A DNA stretch of 64,000 nucleotides, from the NCBI GenBank assembly GCA_031414955.1, contig JANOQV010000030.1, positions 16,296 to 80,295 on the forward strand, in the 5' to 3' direction. Below the pieces are notes generated by a model. That model searched no databases. It worked only from the letters and a program-made list of their open reading frames with translations, and was not told where the DNA came from. The position numbers were made by a program, and so were the translations under genes. The DNA comes from Pedosphaera sp. GTDB lineage: Bacteria > Verrucomicrobiota > Verrucomicrobiia > Limisphaerales > SIBH01. This document shows positions 20,101-31,100 of this stretch, one piece after another (position 1 is the stretch's first letter; every line of letters begins with the position of its first letter).

Positions 20101-23100
20101 GTGGGCCAGGTGACGGTGGAGTACGCGACCTTCAACCAGACCGCGACCTCGGGCGTGGGCAACGATTACACCCTGAAGGCGGGGACGCTGACCTTCGCCT
20201 CCGGAGTGACGAACCAGACCATCAGCGTGACGATCAACAATGACACCGCCTCGGAGAATGAGGAGTGGTTCGGACTCCGGCTCACGAACGTAACCGGCGG
20301 CGCCTCGCTCTCCCTCAGCAATACCACCGTGCTCATCCTCGATAACGAGCCGAGCAGTCACGGCAGCGTCGGCTTCGCGTCCGGCGGGTTCTCGGTCAAC
20401 GAGAGCAACGCCACGGCCACCATTGTCCTGCGTCGGACCAGCGGTGCGCTGGGGGCCATCAACGTATCCCTGGCCTCCTTTGATTTCCCGCCGGCCAACG
20501 GCAACGCGCGCTCCAACGTGGACTATGTTGAGCTCACGACCAACGTGACCTTTGCCACGGGCGTGCTCACTCAGCTCGTGACGGTGCCGATTTTTAACGA
20601 CCATTTCGTGGAGGGGAACGAGCAGCTCGGTCTCACCATCACCTCGGTTTCCGGTGGCACCCTGGGCTTCCGGAGTAACGCGGTCCTGACTGTTGTGGAC
20701 GACGACTCGTATGGCGTGCTCTCGCTCACCGAGGTCAATTACTTCGTCAACGAACTGGGCTCCAGTGTCCTGGTCAACGTCGTGCGCACGGCCGGCGATG
20801 CCGAGGAAGTGTCGGTGGACTTCGCCACCACGGCGCTCACCGCCACCGATGGCGCGGATTATCGGGGCACCAACGGCACGCTGATCTTTCCCGACGGCGT
20901 ATTGAGCGCGAGCTTCACCATTGCGATCCTCAACGACCCGGACCTCGAATACAACGAGACGCTCGCCATCACGCTGACCAATTTTCAGAAGGCGGGACAG
21001 GGAGCGTTCACCAACGCGCTGCTGACCATCATCGACGACGAGGCGCTCGACGTGGACGCCGGATCGGTGGACACCGGTTTCGAGAGTCATCCGAACGGGT
21101 TCGTCAACGCGCTCGGGCTGCAATCAGACGGACGTCTCATCATCGGCGGCGACTTCACCACCGTGAGCGGTTTTCCGTTCAACCGCCTCGCGCGACTTAC
21201 GGTCGCTGGCACGCTCGATCCCCTGTTTCATCCCGGCTCGGGCGCGAACGACAAGGTTCATGCCCTGGTCGTGCAGCCGGACAACAAGATCATCATCGGC
21301 GGGCGCTTTACCCAGTTCGACACCACCAACCGCGGACGGGTGGCCCGGCTTAAGGCCGACGGCACCCTCGATGCCTCCTTTAATCCGGGTGCGGGAGCGG
21401 ACAACCCGGTCTTCGCCCTGGCGCTCACACCGCAAGGCAAGGTCGTGCTGGGCGGCTCCTTTACCACGGTGAACGGCGTCACGCGTCCCAACGTCGCGTT
21501 GCTCGGCACCAACGGCACGCCGGACGTGGGCTTCAACACCGGCGCGGGCGTGAACGGAACCGTGTATGCGGTGGCCGTGCAGCCGGACGGGAAGATTCTC
21601 ATCGGCGGAGATTTCACGACCGTGAACAACACCAACCGGGCCCGCATCGCGCGGCTCCACCCGAACGGTTCGTTGGATTTGAGTTTCAACGCGGGCAGCG
21701 GTCCGGACGCGGCCGTGCGCGCCCTCGCAGTGCAGGCGGACGGATTCATCGTCGTCGGCGGATCTTTCACCAACCTCAGCGGTGCCTCCGCCCGGCGCAT
21801 TGCCCGGCTGACGCCTCTGGGCGCGATGGATTCCGGGTTCACGCCCGGTCAGGGCACGGATGGACCGGTGCTTGCGCTCACGGTGCTGCCGAACAACCAG
21901 ATTATCGCGGTGGGTGACTTTCACCTTTTCAACGGCGTCAGCCGCAACCGCATCACGCGCTTGAACGCGAATGGCACGGTCGATCCGACCATCAACTTCG
22001 GCACCGGGGCGAACAGTTTCATCTCGGCTGTGCTGGTGCAGCCCAACGAAGAGATCGTCGTGGGCGGAGGGTTCACCGAGTTTAACGGCACCCCGCGCGA
22101 TTACGTGGCCCGTCTGGTCGGAGGGCAGAATCCCGGCGCCGGTGAGTTCGCCTTCCTCAGTTCCGTCTTTTCCGTGGATGAGAACGGCACCAATGTCGTC
22201 ATCACGGTGCGGCGGCTGGGCGGAACGACCGGATCGGCGCAAGTGCATTTTGCCACGTCCGACGGCGTGGATTTTCCGCCCTACGTCGGCGCGGTCGCGC
22301 CCGGCGATTACGCCGAGACGAACAGTGATCTTATTTTCCCGCAGGGCGAGACCCTGCAAACCTTCCTGGTGCGGGTGAACAATGATTCCGAGGTCGAAGG
22401 CGACAAACTCCTCTTCCTCTCCCTCAGCGCGGCGACGGCCGGGGCGGGGATCAATGCGGCCGGGGCCGATGCGGCGATGATCATTCGTGAGGATGATTCC
22501 TCGGTGGGCTTTATCACCGCCAGTTTCAGCGTGAACGAGGGGGCCGTGGCCGGCCACGCCAGCATCACTTTGCTGCGGACCGGTTCAACGAACTCGGCGG
22601 TGTCCGTCCTCTTCACGACGCTGCCGGGCACGGCCACGGCCGGGCCGGATTACACGCCCACCGCTGGACTGGTGCTGTTCGGCCCCGGCGAAACCGCGAA
22701 GGTCACGACGGTGCCGGTCTCGGAAGATGCCATAGTCGAGGGGTCGGAGACGGTGGACCTGCTGTTGATCAGCCCGGTGGTGGTGAACCGGCCGGACTCG
22801 ACGGCGGTGCTGGGCCTGAGCACGGCCACGCTGACGATCGTGGACAACGATTTCCTGCCCGGTGAATTCACCTTGGTCGTGGCGAGCAACTTCGTGAACG
22901 AAGGGGCCGGACTGGTGACGATCACCGTGCTGCGCACGAACGGCAGTTCCGGGATCGTCTCGGTTGATTATTCGCTGGTGGACGGGACGGCGGTGGCGGG
23001 CCAGGACTATGTGAACACCAGCGCGACGCTTTCCTACGCCGACGGCGAAACGGTGAAGACCTTTCAGGTGCCGATTCTTAACGACGCTTTCCTGGAAGGA

Positions 23101-25149
23101 GACGAATTCCTGAATCTGGTCCTCTCCAACCCGCAAGGGGACGCCACGCTGGGCGCGATGACCTCCTCGATCCTGAACATCCTGGACGACGATTACATTG
23201 GTTTCTCGACCAACATCTTTTCCGTGAATGAGTCCGACGGGGTGGCCACCATTACCGTGCTCCGGGCCGGCAACACCAACCTGGCCTTCTATGTCGATTT
23301 CACCACCAGCAATGGCACGGCCCAGGCGACCTTCGATTACGCCGTCACCAACGGCCGGCTGTCGTTCGCCGCCGGGGAACTGAGCCGGACGTTTGACGTG
23401 CGCGTGTTTGACGACGCGCTGGTCGAGCCGGTGGAAACGGTGATCCTGCTGCTGACCAATGCCTCGCCCAATGTCGATCTGAGCGGCGTGGTTTCGGCCC
23501 AGTTGAACCTCATCGACAGCACCAAAGTGGTCTCGTTCAGCACCAATGCCTTCTCGATCGGGGAAGGGGAGACCAACGCCACGATCCAGGTGGTGCGGGC
23601 CGGGAATCTGGCCGACGGACTCACGGTCACGTTGAGCACGCACGATCTCACCGCCGGCCACGGCTACGATTACACTGGCTTCACGAACTTGATCACCTTC
23701 ACCAATGGCGAAGTGGTCAAAACCGTGCTGGTGCCGATCTATGACGACACCCAGCCGGAGTTCACCGAGACGTTGGTTCTTTCGCTGGCCCCGCCCGGCT
23801 CGGGTTATGTCACGAGCCCGAGCAATGCGGCCTTGAGCATTGTGGACAATGATTTCGGGCCGGGCTTCCCGGACACCTCCTTCGATCCCGGCGCGGGCGC
23901 GAGCCGCTTTGTGCGCGCGCTGGCCTTGCAACCCGATGGCCGGCTGCTGGTCGGCGGAGCCTTCACCAACTTCGGGAACGTGAATTTGAACTACCTCGCG
24001 CGGCTGCTGACCAACGGAGTGGTGGACACGAACTTCACTCCGGGCACGGGACCCAATGCGCTCGTCTCCAGCTTCGGCCTGTCCTCGGGCGGCCACATTG
24101 CGGTGGGTGGTTCGTTCTCGACTTACAACGGTTCCAACTTCAACCGCGTGGTGCGCCTGACCAGCAACGGCCTGCCCGATGCCCTGTTCACTCAGCCGAC
24201 TACTTTTGACGCCGCAGTCCATGCGCTCGTCTCGCAGGTGGACGGGAAGATCGTGGCCGGCGGTGCCTTCGCGCTGCCCCTTTCCCGTGTGGCCCGGGTG
24301 CGGGTTAATGGCACCCTCGACTTGCAGTATGATCCCGGCACGGGCGCGGATGGGACGGTGCATGCCCTGGCCCTCCAGCCCGACGGGCAGGTCGTGCTGG
24401 GTGGCACCTTCACCAACGTGGCGGGGTTCACCTATCCTCGCCTGGCCCGGCTTGGTTCCAATGGTGTGGTGGACTCGACGCTGCTGCCCCTCACCATCAC
24501 GAACGGAAACATCTTTGCCCTGGCCCTCACCCCAGGCGGAAAAATCCTGATTGGCGGCAACTTCCGATACGTGAACGGCGTGGCGCGCGGCGGGATTGCG
24601 CGCCTTCATGCCGACGGGTCGCTCGATACCGGCTTTGCGCCTTTCATCGGCGTCACCGGCACGGTGTATACGGTCAGTGCGCTGGCGGACGGCTCGGTCT
24701 TCATCGGCGGTGATTTTACTTCGGTGAACGGTCTGCCCCGGAATCGCTACGCGTTGTTGCAAGCGGGCGGGGCGGTGGAAACCACCTTCGACGCCAGCCT
24801 GGGCGCGGACAACACGGTCTATGCTTCCTTGGTCACCTCGGATCAGAAGATCGTCATCGGCGGTGATTTCACGACCGTGGGCGGGCTGACGCGGCGCGGT
24901 GTGGCGCGCTTGAATGTGGGCGATGCCACGGCCTTTTCGGTCTCGGGTCCGTACCTCTCGTTTAAGGCCGCGCGCATCCGGCTCAATGCCGTGCCGGGAC
25001 GGGCCTACATTCTGGAAGGCAGCCTGGACCTGTCCACCTGGTCGGGGCTTTCGACCAACGTGGCCGCCGGCGTATTTTTGGATCTCACGGATCCCAATGC
25101 GGACATCAACAGCCGTCGCTACTATCGGGCGCGGCGTTTTGGACCCTGA
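17197..25149 (+). CDS. Giant exported Calx-beta / delta-60 beta-propeller repeat protein (~2650 aa) with shared C-terminal domain
   Basis: ATG 17197 gives a signal peptide ending ...LAAPVATA-Q. Calx-beta blocks alternate with three delta-60 blocks (~18490-19610, 21050-22120, 23860-24920). Ends RRYYRARRFGP. No catalytic motif seen. Confidence 0.85.
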   Translation: MRTLLFAAAVKRGFAGFFGLVILCLAAPVATAQTIEFLPGAPSVYENGLGGGTNVTIIVTRSPAIGISTVDFSTADGSATSPADYTGAAFQLSFTNGESFKVISILVVDDLLQEGTETFFVRLDNVVGGTLGASSNVTVTIFDNDNFFRFIPTTNQLVLEDQTNAVILVERVGDLNGSASVDFFTRDGTAVSAPPALADFTSQSGSLIFTNGQGTNELLIPITEDCRIEPTEFFQVVLTNGIGGTVDPLADVMTVGIANNDTAAGTVEFGALSVDVLPLVLGDPVNPLIYEHLTRVITVRVVRRQACDVNNVPVAFGGAATVDVNDLNNGLFDCPGTDLARRGIDYTIPGMNGNGVLTLNLPNANPVTFTILVTEDLFVELDEAIRLQLSIPNQTPLPALGDRRSQNIIIRSDELPAGGVVPYYNPLSILNPTPGANNAVYAVAVVPFTVPQSGGMSYLGGDFTGVDGVVRNRIARVNSFGLVDTGFDPGSGADGFVETIAVQTDGRVLIGGGFTSVNNVSRAGVARLNEDGSLDAGFLPGNGVQGIVHSIVLQPDGMILLGGEFDAYNDQPVRNVARLFPNGLLDISFDPGVGPDGAVWSLALSPFGPEVYAGGDFTTFANQTRNHIVRLTGTGGVDAGFVPLFGADDAIYSITVTANGQPMVAGAFTQFDGQARAGVARLTANGLLDPTFDPGTGVEGTVYSLQLQANGQPIIAGDFLSVNGTPRKSIARLNLDGTVDTSFLDVHYNQTQPGVDGFINAVGLDFTGNLMVGGTFATVGGGLDTFGGMVTNAVTPKFNYAQLMGGANPEAFNMPGNVQFVSAQYSIDENVLGGFLTITMVRTNGRYGPLTVNCRTEDGTAVADVDYVGQSNTVTWADCEFGILTFTIRILDNALIEGNRTFKLVVSDPISVGGVAPAYPSLAARSKATVTIIDNDFPRGVLGFSQPVFTAGEADGNALVTVTRTNGSVGQVTVEYATFNQTATSGVGNDYTLKAGTLTFASGVTNQTISVTINNDTASENEEWFGLRLTNVTGGASLSLSNTTVLILDNEPSSHGSVGFASGGFSVNESNATATIVLRRTSGALGAINVSLASFDFPPANGNARSNVDYVELTTNVTFATGVLTQLVTVPIFNDHFVEGNEQLGLTITSVSGGTLGFRSNAVLTVVDDDSYGVLSLTEVNYFVNELGSSVLVNVVRTAGDAEEVSVDFATTALTATDGADYRGTNGTLIFPDGVLSASFTIAILNDPDLEYNETLAITLTNFQKAGQGAFTNALLTIIDDEALDVDAGSVDTGFESHPNGFVNALGLQSDGRLIIGGDFTTVSGFPFNRLARLTVAGTLDPLFHPGSGANDKVHALVVQPDNKIIIGGRFTQFDTTNRGRVARLKADGTLDASFNPGAGADNPVFALALTPQGKVVLGGSFTTVNGVTRPNVALLGTNGTPDVGFNTGAGVNGTVYAVAVQPDGKILIGGDFTTVNNTNRARIARLHPNGSLDLSFNAGSGPDAAVRALAVQADGFIVVGGSFTNLSGASARRIARLTPLGAMDSGFTPGQGTDGPVLALTVLPNNQIIAVGDFHLFNGVSRNRITRLNANGTVDPTINFGTGANSFISAVLVQPNEEIVVGGGFTEFNGTPRDYVARLVGGQNPGAGEFAFLSSVFSVDENGTNVVITVRRLGGTTGSAQVHFATSDGVDFPPYVGAVAPGDYAETNSDLIFPQGETLQTFLVRVNNDSEVEGDKLLFLSLSAATAGAGINAAGADAAMIIREDDSSVGFITASFSVNEGAVAGHASITLLRTGSTNSAVSVLFTTLPGTATAGPDYTPTAGLVLFGPGETAKVTTVPVSEDAIVEGSETVDLLLISPVVVNRPDSTAVLGLSTATLTIVDNDFLPGEFTLVVASNFVNEGAGLVTITVLRTNGSSGIVSVDYSLVDGTAVAGQDYVNTSATLSYADGETVKTFQVPILNDAFLEGDEFLNLVLSNPQGDATLGAMTSSILNILDDDYIGFSTNIFSVNESDGVATITVLRAGNTNLAFYVDFTTSNGTAQATFDYAVTNGRLSFAAGELSRTFDVRVFDDALVEPVETVILLLTNASPNVDLSGVVSAQLNLIDSTKVVSFSTNAFSIGEGETNATIQVVRAGNLADGLTVTLSTHDLTAGHGYDYTGFTNLITFTNGEVVKTVLVPIYDDTQPEFTETLVLSLAPPGSGYVTSPSNAALSIVDNDFGPGFPDTSFDPGAGASRFVRALALQPDGRLLVGGAFTNFGNVNLNYLARLLTNGVVDTNFTPGTGPNALVSSFGLSSGGHIAVGGSFSTYNGSNFNRVVRLTSNGLPDALFTQPTTFDAAVHALVSQVDGKIVAGGAFALPLSRVARVRVNGTLDLQYDPGTGADGTVHALALQPDGQVVLGGTFTNVAGFTYPRLARLGSNGVVDSTLLPLTITNGNIFALALTPGGKILIGGNFRYVNGVARGGIARLHADGSLDTGFAPFIGVTGTVYTVSALADGSVFIGGDFTSVNGLPRNRYALLQAGGAVETTFDASLGADNTVYASLVTSDQKIVIGGDFTTVGGLTRRGVARLNVGDATAFSVSGPYLSFKAARIRLNAVPGRAYILEGSLDLSTWSGLSTNVAAGVFLDLTDPNADINSRRYYRARRFGP

Positions 25150-25176
25150 CGGACAGCAGCAATTTTGCGAAGAACT

Positions 25177-28100
25177 ATGAAGAGTATTTTCGAGCGAGGC
25201 AGTGTGAATCAACGCCCCGGTCCGATCCGGGGCTGGGCCTGCAAAGTGTTTCTGCTGCTGATCGCGTTCGCTTCCAGCCTCGTCCCGCGACTCGCCGCGC
25301 AACAGCCGGTGAACGACAATTTCACCAATGCCACGGTCATCGCTGGTTTCGTCGGGAGCGCCCTCGGCATCACCACCGGAGCCACGGCCGAGCCGGGCGA
25401 GCCGAACCACTGGCCAACCACGCTCACGGGCCGGTCGGTCTGGTATTCCTGGGTTGCGCCGGCGGACGGCACGGTCAGCATCGACACCCTGGGCAGTGCT
25501 TACGATACGATCCTCGCGGTTTACACCGGATCGAACGTGGCCGCGCTCAACCTGATCGCCAATGACGACGACAGCGGATTTGGTCTGGAGAGCCAGGTGA
25601 TTTTCTTCGGCGTGGCGGGTACGACCTACAACATCGCGGTGGATGGCTACAATTATAACGACGGGCTGGGGCCGCGCAATGGGCCGTTCCGTCTGAACTG
25701 GGCCTCGGCCACGAACTTTGTCGCGGCTCCGACCAATGAGATTCAATTCGCCGCGACCAACTTCACGGCGGCCGAGAATGCCCCCGGCTTCGCGGTCATC
25801 ATCGTCAACTACGGCGGCGGGGCGGCGGGACCTGTTTCCATTGATTACGCCACGGCGGACGGCACCGCCCTGGTCGGAACCGATTACCTCAGGGTGACGA
25901 ACACCCTGACTTTTCAAGTGGGCGAGTCGAACAAGAGTTTCACCGTGCCGATTCTGGACAACGCCGTGCAAAACAGTAACAAGACCGTGCTGCTCTCGCT
26001 GGCCAATCCCACGGGCGGCGCGGTGCTCGGCGCGTTGAGCAACGCGGTGCTGACCATTCAGGATGATGAGACGCTGCCTGTCGTGAGCGCAGCCGGCGTG
26101 TTCAACTTCTCCCTGCCCGCGTATGTAGTGACAGAGAATGAAACCTTCCGCGCCCCTTTCCCTGGAGCCTCCATCAATTTTCCCTCCCGGAGCCCGCTCG
26201 GAGCGCTGGTGATGGTGACGCGAACCGGTGGTGCCTCTGGCCGGGTGCTGGTGGACGTGGGCGTGGGTGTGGCCGTGGGTGGAGTGTTCCCCCTTACTCA
26301 GACCCTGGCTTTCGACGATCAACAGATGAGCGCGACCTTCGTGGTGGACATACCGCAGGTTGGCGCCGGGATCATCAACCTCACCCTGTTGAACCCGCGG
26401 GCGGACCCGCTGGAGGATCCGCTCACCATCATTCCCACCATTGGCTTCCCTCTGTCCTCCATCCAGATCCTGGCGGTGAACACGCCGACACCCGCCAGCT
26501 ACAGCATTGAGCGCAGGACTTATCGCGTGGATGAGTACAATCCATTCGATCCGTTCAACTTCGGTCTGACCAACCTGCTTAATTTCATCGACATCGACAT
26601 CATCAACCCCAGCGGACTGGGAGGGTCAGTGGGGATCGAAACGCGGGCCAACGTCTATGGCTACTTGGTCCAGGATGGATCCGACTATCCCGAAGCACAG
26701 AACTTCATCTTTCCCGAGACGCCTTACACCGACGGCTTTGCTGGAATTACCAATTTCATCGATTACATCCCGTTCGATATCACGGTCAACTTTCCGAACG
26801 GAACCACTCGCCGGACCATCCGGCTGGTGGTGACCAATGATGCCACGGTCGAGTTTAACGAGGATGTGCAGTTGCGGTTGCACGACCCGGACAACCAACA
26901 TGTCCTGCGCAACGCCCTGGCCAACGTCACCATCATGTATGACGAGCAGCCGGCTGGGCAGGCCGACCGGGAATGGAATCCGGAAGGCGTCTCGTTCTCA
27001 CAGCCACCTTTCAACGCCACGCCGGGCGCGAACAACACCGTCTCCGCCGTGGCCGTGCAGGCGGATGGCCGGACCGTGCTGGTGGGCGATTTCACGGCGG
27101 TGAACAGCGTCTCGCGCTTTCGGGTCGCGCGCATGAACGTGGATGGCTCGCTGGACTTGACCTTTAATCCCGGCTCGGGCGCGGATGGCTTCATCGAGGC
27201 GCTGGTCATTTATCCGCCCACTCTTGGGACCAACGGCAACAAGATTCTGATCGCGGGCGGTTTCAGCGCCGTGAACAACGTGAGCCGGCATGGTCTGGCG
27301 CGTTTGAACGTGAACGGCTCGCTGGACAACTCGTTCTTCGTGGGCAACGGGGCGGATGGCTTCGTGCATACCCTCACCCTTCAGTCTGACGGCAAGGTCT
27401 TGGTCTCGGGCGATTTCACCCATTGGAACGACGTGGCCGTGCCTGGCTTGATGCGCCTTAACCAGGACGGCTCGCTCGACCCCTCGTTCAATGCCGGCCT
27501 GGCTGCGAACAACACCATCTGGAGCGTGGCCGTGCGCGACACGCCCCAGTCCATCTTCGTGCCGCGCGATGCGGCCGGCACCCAGTTCGAAGACGTGAAC
27601 GTGATCGAGACTGGATCGACTGCGGGCACCATCACCATTACCTACGACTTTTATGGTATTCCCGACACCATCCGGGTGTTTTACCAAGGGGCCATGATCC
27701 TCGATCTCACCACCAACCTGGCGGGGAGTTTGACCCTCGCCTACGGTCCCGGCCTGGCCACGGATTTCACCATCATCATGAACCAGGGCATCGGCCTGCC
27801 GGGCACGGCCTGGGAATACAAAGTTTCGGTCCTGCCCGTCATCACCGCACGCACCATTTATCTCGGTGGTGACTTCACGGAATTCAACGGCCTGACCCGC
27901 AACGGCGTGGTCCGGTTGCTCGACAACGGCACGGTTGATCCGACGTTCGATCCGGGCCTGGGGGTGGACGGCAGCGTCTTCGCGGTGGCGGTGCAGCCGG
28001 ACAACAAGTTGCTGGTGGGCGGCGCGTTTCATCGGTTCCACACCAGCGAGCGCAACTCCATCGTGCGCCTGCGTAACACCGGTGCGCTGGATGCGGATTA

Positions 28101-31100
28101 CAACGTGGGCACGGGTTTCAACGATTCAGTCTATTGCATCACCTTGCAGCCGGACAACAAGGCCCTCATCGGCGGCCTCTTCCAGGAGTTTGACGGAGTG
28201 CGGCGCATGGGGCTGACCCGTTTGTTTGTCGGCGGCTCGCTCGACACCAGCTTCATGGACACGGCTTACAACCAGTTTTCCGGCCTGCCCCGGACTTTCA
28301 GCTTCGATCCGCCGCGCTACGTGAATTCCATCGCCCTCCAGGCGGACGGCAATCTCATGATCGGCGGCTCCTTCACCAATCTGGGCGGCAACTACTCGAT
28401 CTACCGGGCGATCCGTAACAACTACACGGTCTTCACCCGGGCGGACAAGACGACGCGCTTCAACATCGCGCGCGTCCTGGGAGGCTACACTCCGGGGCCG
28501 GGCAACACGGAATTCGATCCGTCCGCCTTTCCCTTCACCATTGATGAAAACGGGCCCATCTTCTACGCCACCATGCGCCGGGTGGATGGCCGGTTGGGTA
28601 CGGCCCAGGTCATCGCCACCAACTCCAACGTCACGGCCAACAGTCCCGGAGATTTTTTCAACCAGGGCGTTCCGCAAATCTGGCCCGAATTCGCCTACGC
28701 CGCGCCGGACAGCGTGGGTTACGTCGGGGTCAACTATTTCGCCATCCCGATTTTGGAGGATACGTTCCAGGAGGGCGATGAGACCTTCCATGTGGGCGCG
28801 GTGATTCCCAGCGGCAGCATCACGCTGGGTGGCGAGTTCGTCCCGCTCGGGGCGGCGCGGGGCCGGTTCGACGCCTCGATGGTGACCATTGCCGACAACG
28901 ACTTCTCGCCCGGCGAGTTCAACTTCAACCTTTCGGGCTACATCACCAACGAGGGAGCCAGCTTCGCCCTCATCACGGTCATCCGCACCAATGGCACCGC
29001 GGGCGGAGTGTCGGTGGATTATCTGACCCGGCCCGGCCCGGTGGCCGCCGCCACGACCAATGCGGACTTCTCGCCCGTGCGCGGCACGCTCAGTTTTTCC
29101 TCGGGCCAGGCGGTGCGAACCTTCCAGGTGCCGATCGTCAATGACGCGGTGGTCGAATTCGATGAGACCATCACGCTCGTGCTGACCAACGCAACCGGCG
29201 GAGCCAAGCTGCCCGGCGGCACGCCGACCTCCGTGGCCACGGCGACGCTGACCATTGTGGACAATGACTTCCTGCAAGGACGTTTGAACTTTGCCACCTC
29301 GGGTTTCACCAACAACGAGAATGAGACCGTGGCCACGATCATCGTGACCCGCACCGGCGGCAACGTCGGGGCCATGACCGTGCAGGTCAGGACGGCCAAT
29401 GGCACGGCCACTCATCCGGCGGACTACACCGGGGTGACCAACACTTTGAGCTGGGCGGACAGCGACAGTTCGGCCAAGTCGTTCACCATTCCGCTGGTCT
29501 TGGATGGCCTGGTGGAAGGAACGGAAACCGTGAACCTGTTCCTCTACAACCCCGCCATCAACGGGGCGCTCGGGGCGCGGACCAACGCCGTGCTCGGCAT
29601 CGCGGACGCGGATAATTTCGGCGTGCTCAGTCTGAGCCAGCCTTTCTACGAAGTGGATGAGAACGGCTCCGCGCCGGTCATCACCGTGAATCGCAGCGGC
29701 GGCATCGCGGGCACGGCCACGGTCAATTTTGCCACCGCCGTGCTCACCGCCACTCCGGGGGTCGATTACAACAATGTCTCCGGCACGCTGACCTTTTTGC
29801 CGGGCGAGACGAGCCACAATTTCGTCGTTCCCATTCTGGACGACCTGGTGCCGGATGGCGACAAAGCCATTCTGATCACGTTGCAGAACGCGACCAATGG
29901 CAGCGTGGGTTCGCTCTCGAATTCGGTTCTCACGTTCATCGACAATGAATCGTTCAACCTGCCGGCCGGTTCGCCCGATCCCAGCTTTCATTCCGTGGCC
30001 AACGATGTGGTCTATGCTCTCGCCTTGCAGAACGACGGACGCATCCTGATGGCGGGCGAGTTTACCTTGGTCAACGATGTGCCCCGCAACCGGTTGGCGC
30101 GGGTCAAGCCCTCCGGAGTGCTGGACGAGACTTTCAACATCGGCCCTGGCGCCAACGGCTCGATTCGCACCCTGGCCTTGCAGCCGGATGGCAAGCTGCT
30201 GGTGGGCGGTCTTTTCACGGTCATCAACAGCACCAACCGGAATCATCTGGCCCGCCTTGGCACCGATGGCTCCATGGACGCGTTCTTCAATCCCGGTGCG
30301 GGCGCGGATAATCCGGTGTATGCCCTCGCCCTCCAGGGCGACGACAAGATCGTGGTCGGCGGCTCCTTCGCCACGTTCAATGGTTTCATTCGTCCCGGGG
30401 TCGTGCGGCTGAACACCAACGGTTCGGTGGACTTGAACTTCACGCCCGGGACCGGAGTGAACGGGACGGTCTATGCGCTGGCGGTGCAGAGTGACGGGAA
30501 GATTCTGGTGGGCGGCGATTTTACCTCCTTCAATGGCGTGGCCCGGACTAATTTGATTCGCCTCAACCTCAACGGAACGCTCGACAACACCTTTAATCCC
30601 GCGTTCTCCATCAACGGAGTGGTAAGTGCGCTGCTGGTGCAGCCCGACGGAAAGATTCTGCTCGGCGGATCATTCACCAACGTCAACGGAACGCTGCGGC
30701 GCGGGCTGGCGCGGCTTCTGTCCGGCGGTGGGCTGGATGGCTCGTTCCTCGCCGGATGGAGCGGGGCGGATGACGCCGTGTTTGACCTCAAGCAGCAGGT
30801 GGATGGTCGTTTGGTGGTGGCCGGGGCGTTCCGGACCTTCAACGGCGTGACCCGCCGGGGCGTGACCCGTCTGCTCGCAGACGGCGCGACCGATCCGGCG
30901 ATCAACTTCGGGAACGGGGCCAACGCCTTCGTGGCTGCGCTGCTCATTCAGCCCGATCGTCACATCGTTTTTGGCGGCGGCTTCACAGAGTACGATGACC
31001 AGGCGCACGCACACCTCGTTCGGATTTATGGTGGTTCCATCGCCGGCTCGGGCGCGCTGGAATTCAGCGCGCCGCTCTTTACCGCGAGCGAGTCCGGCAG

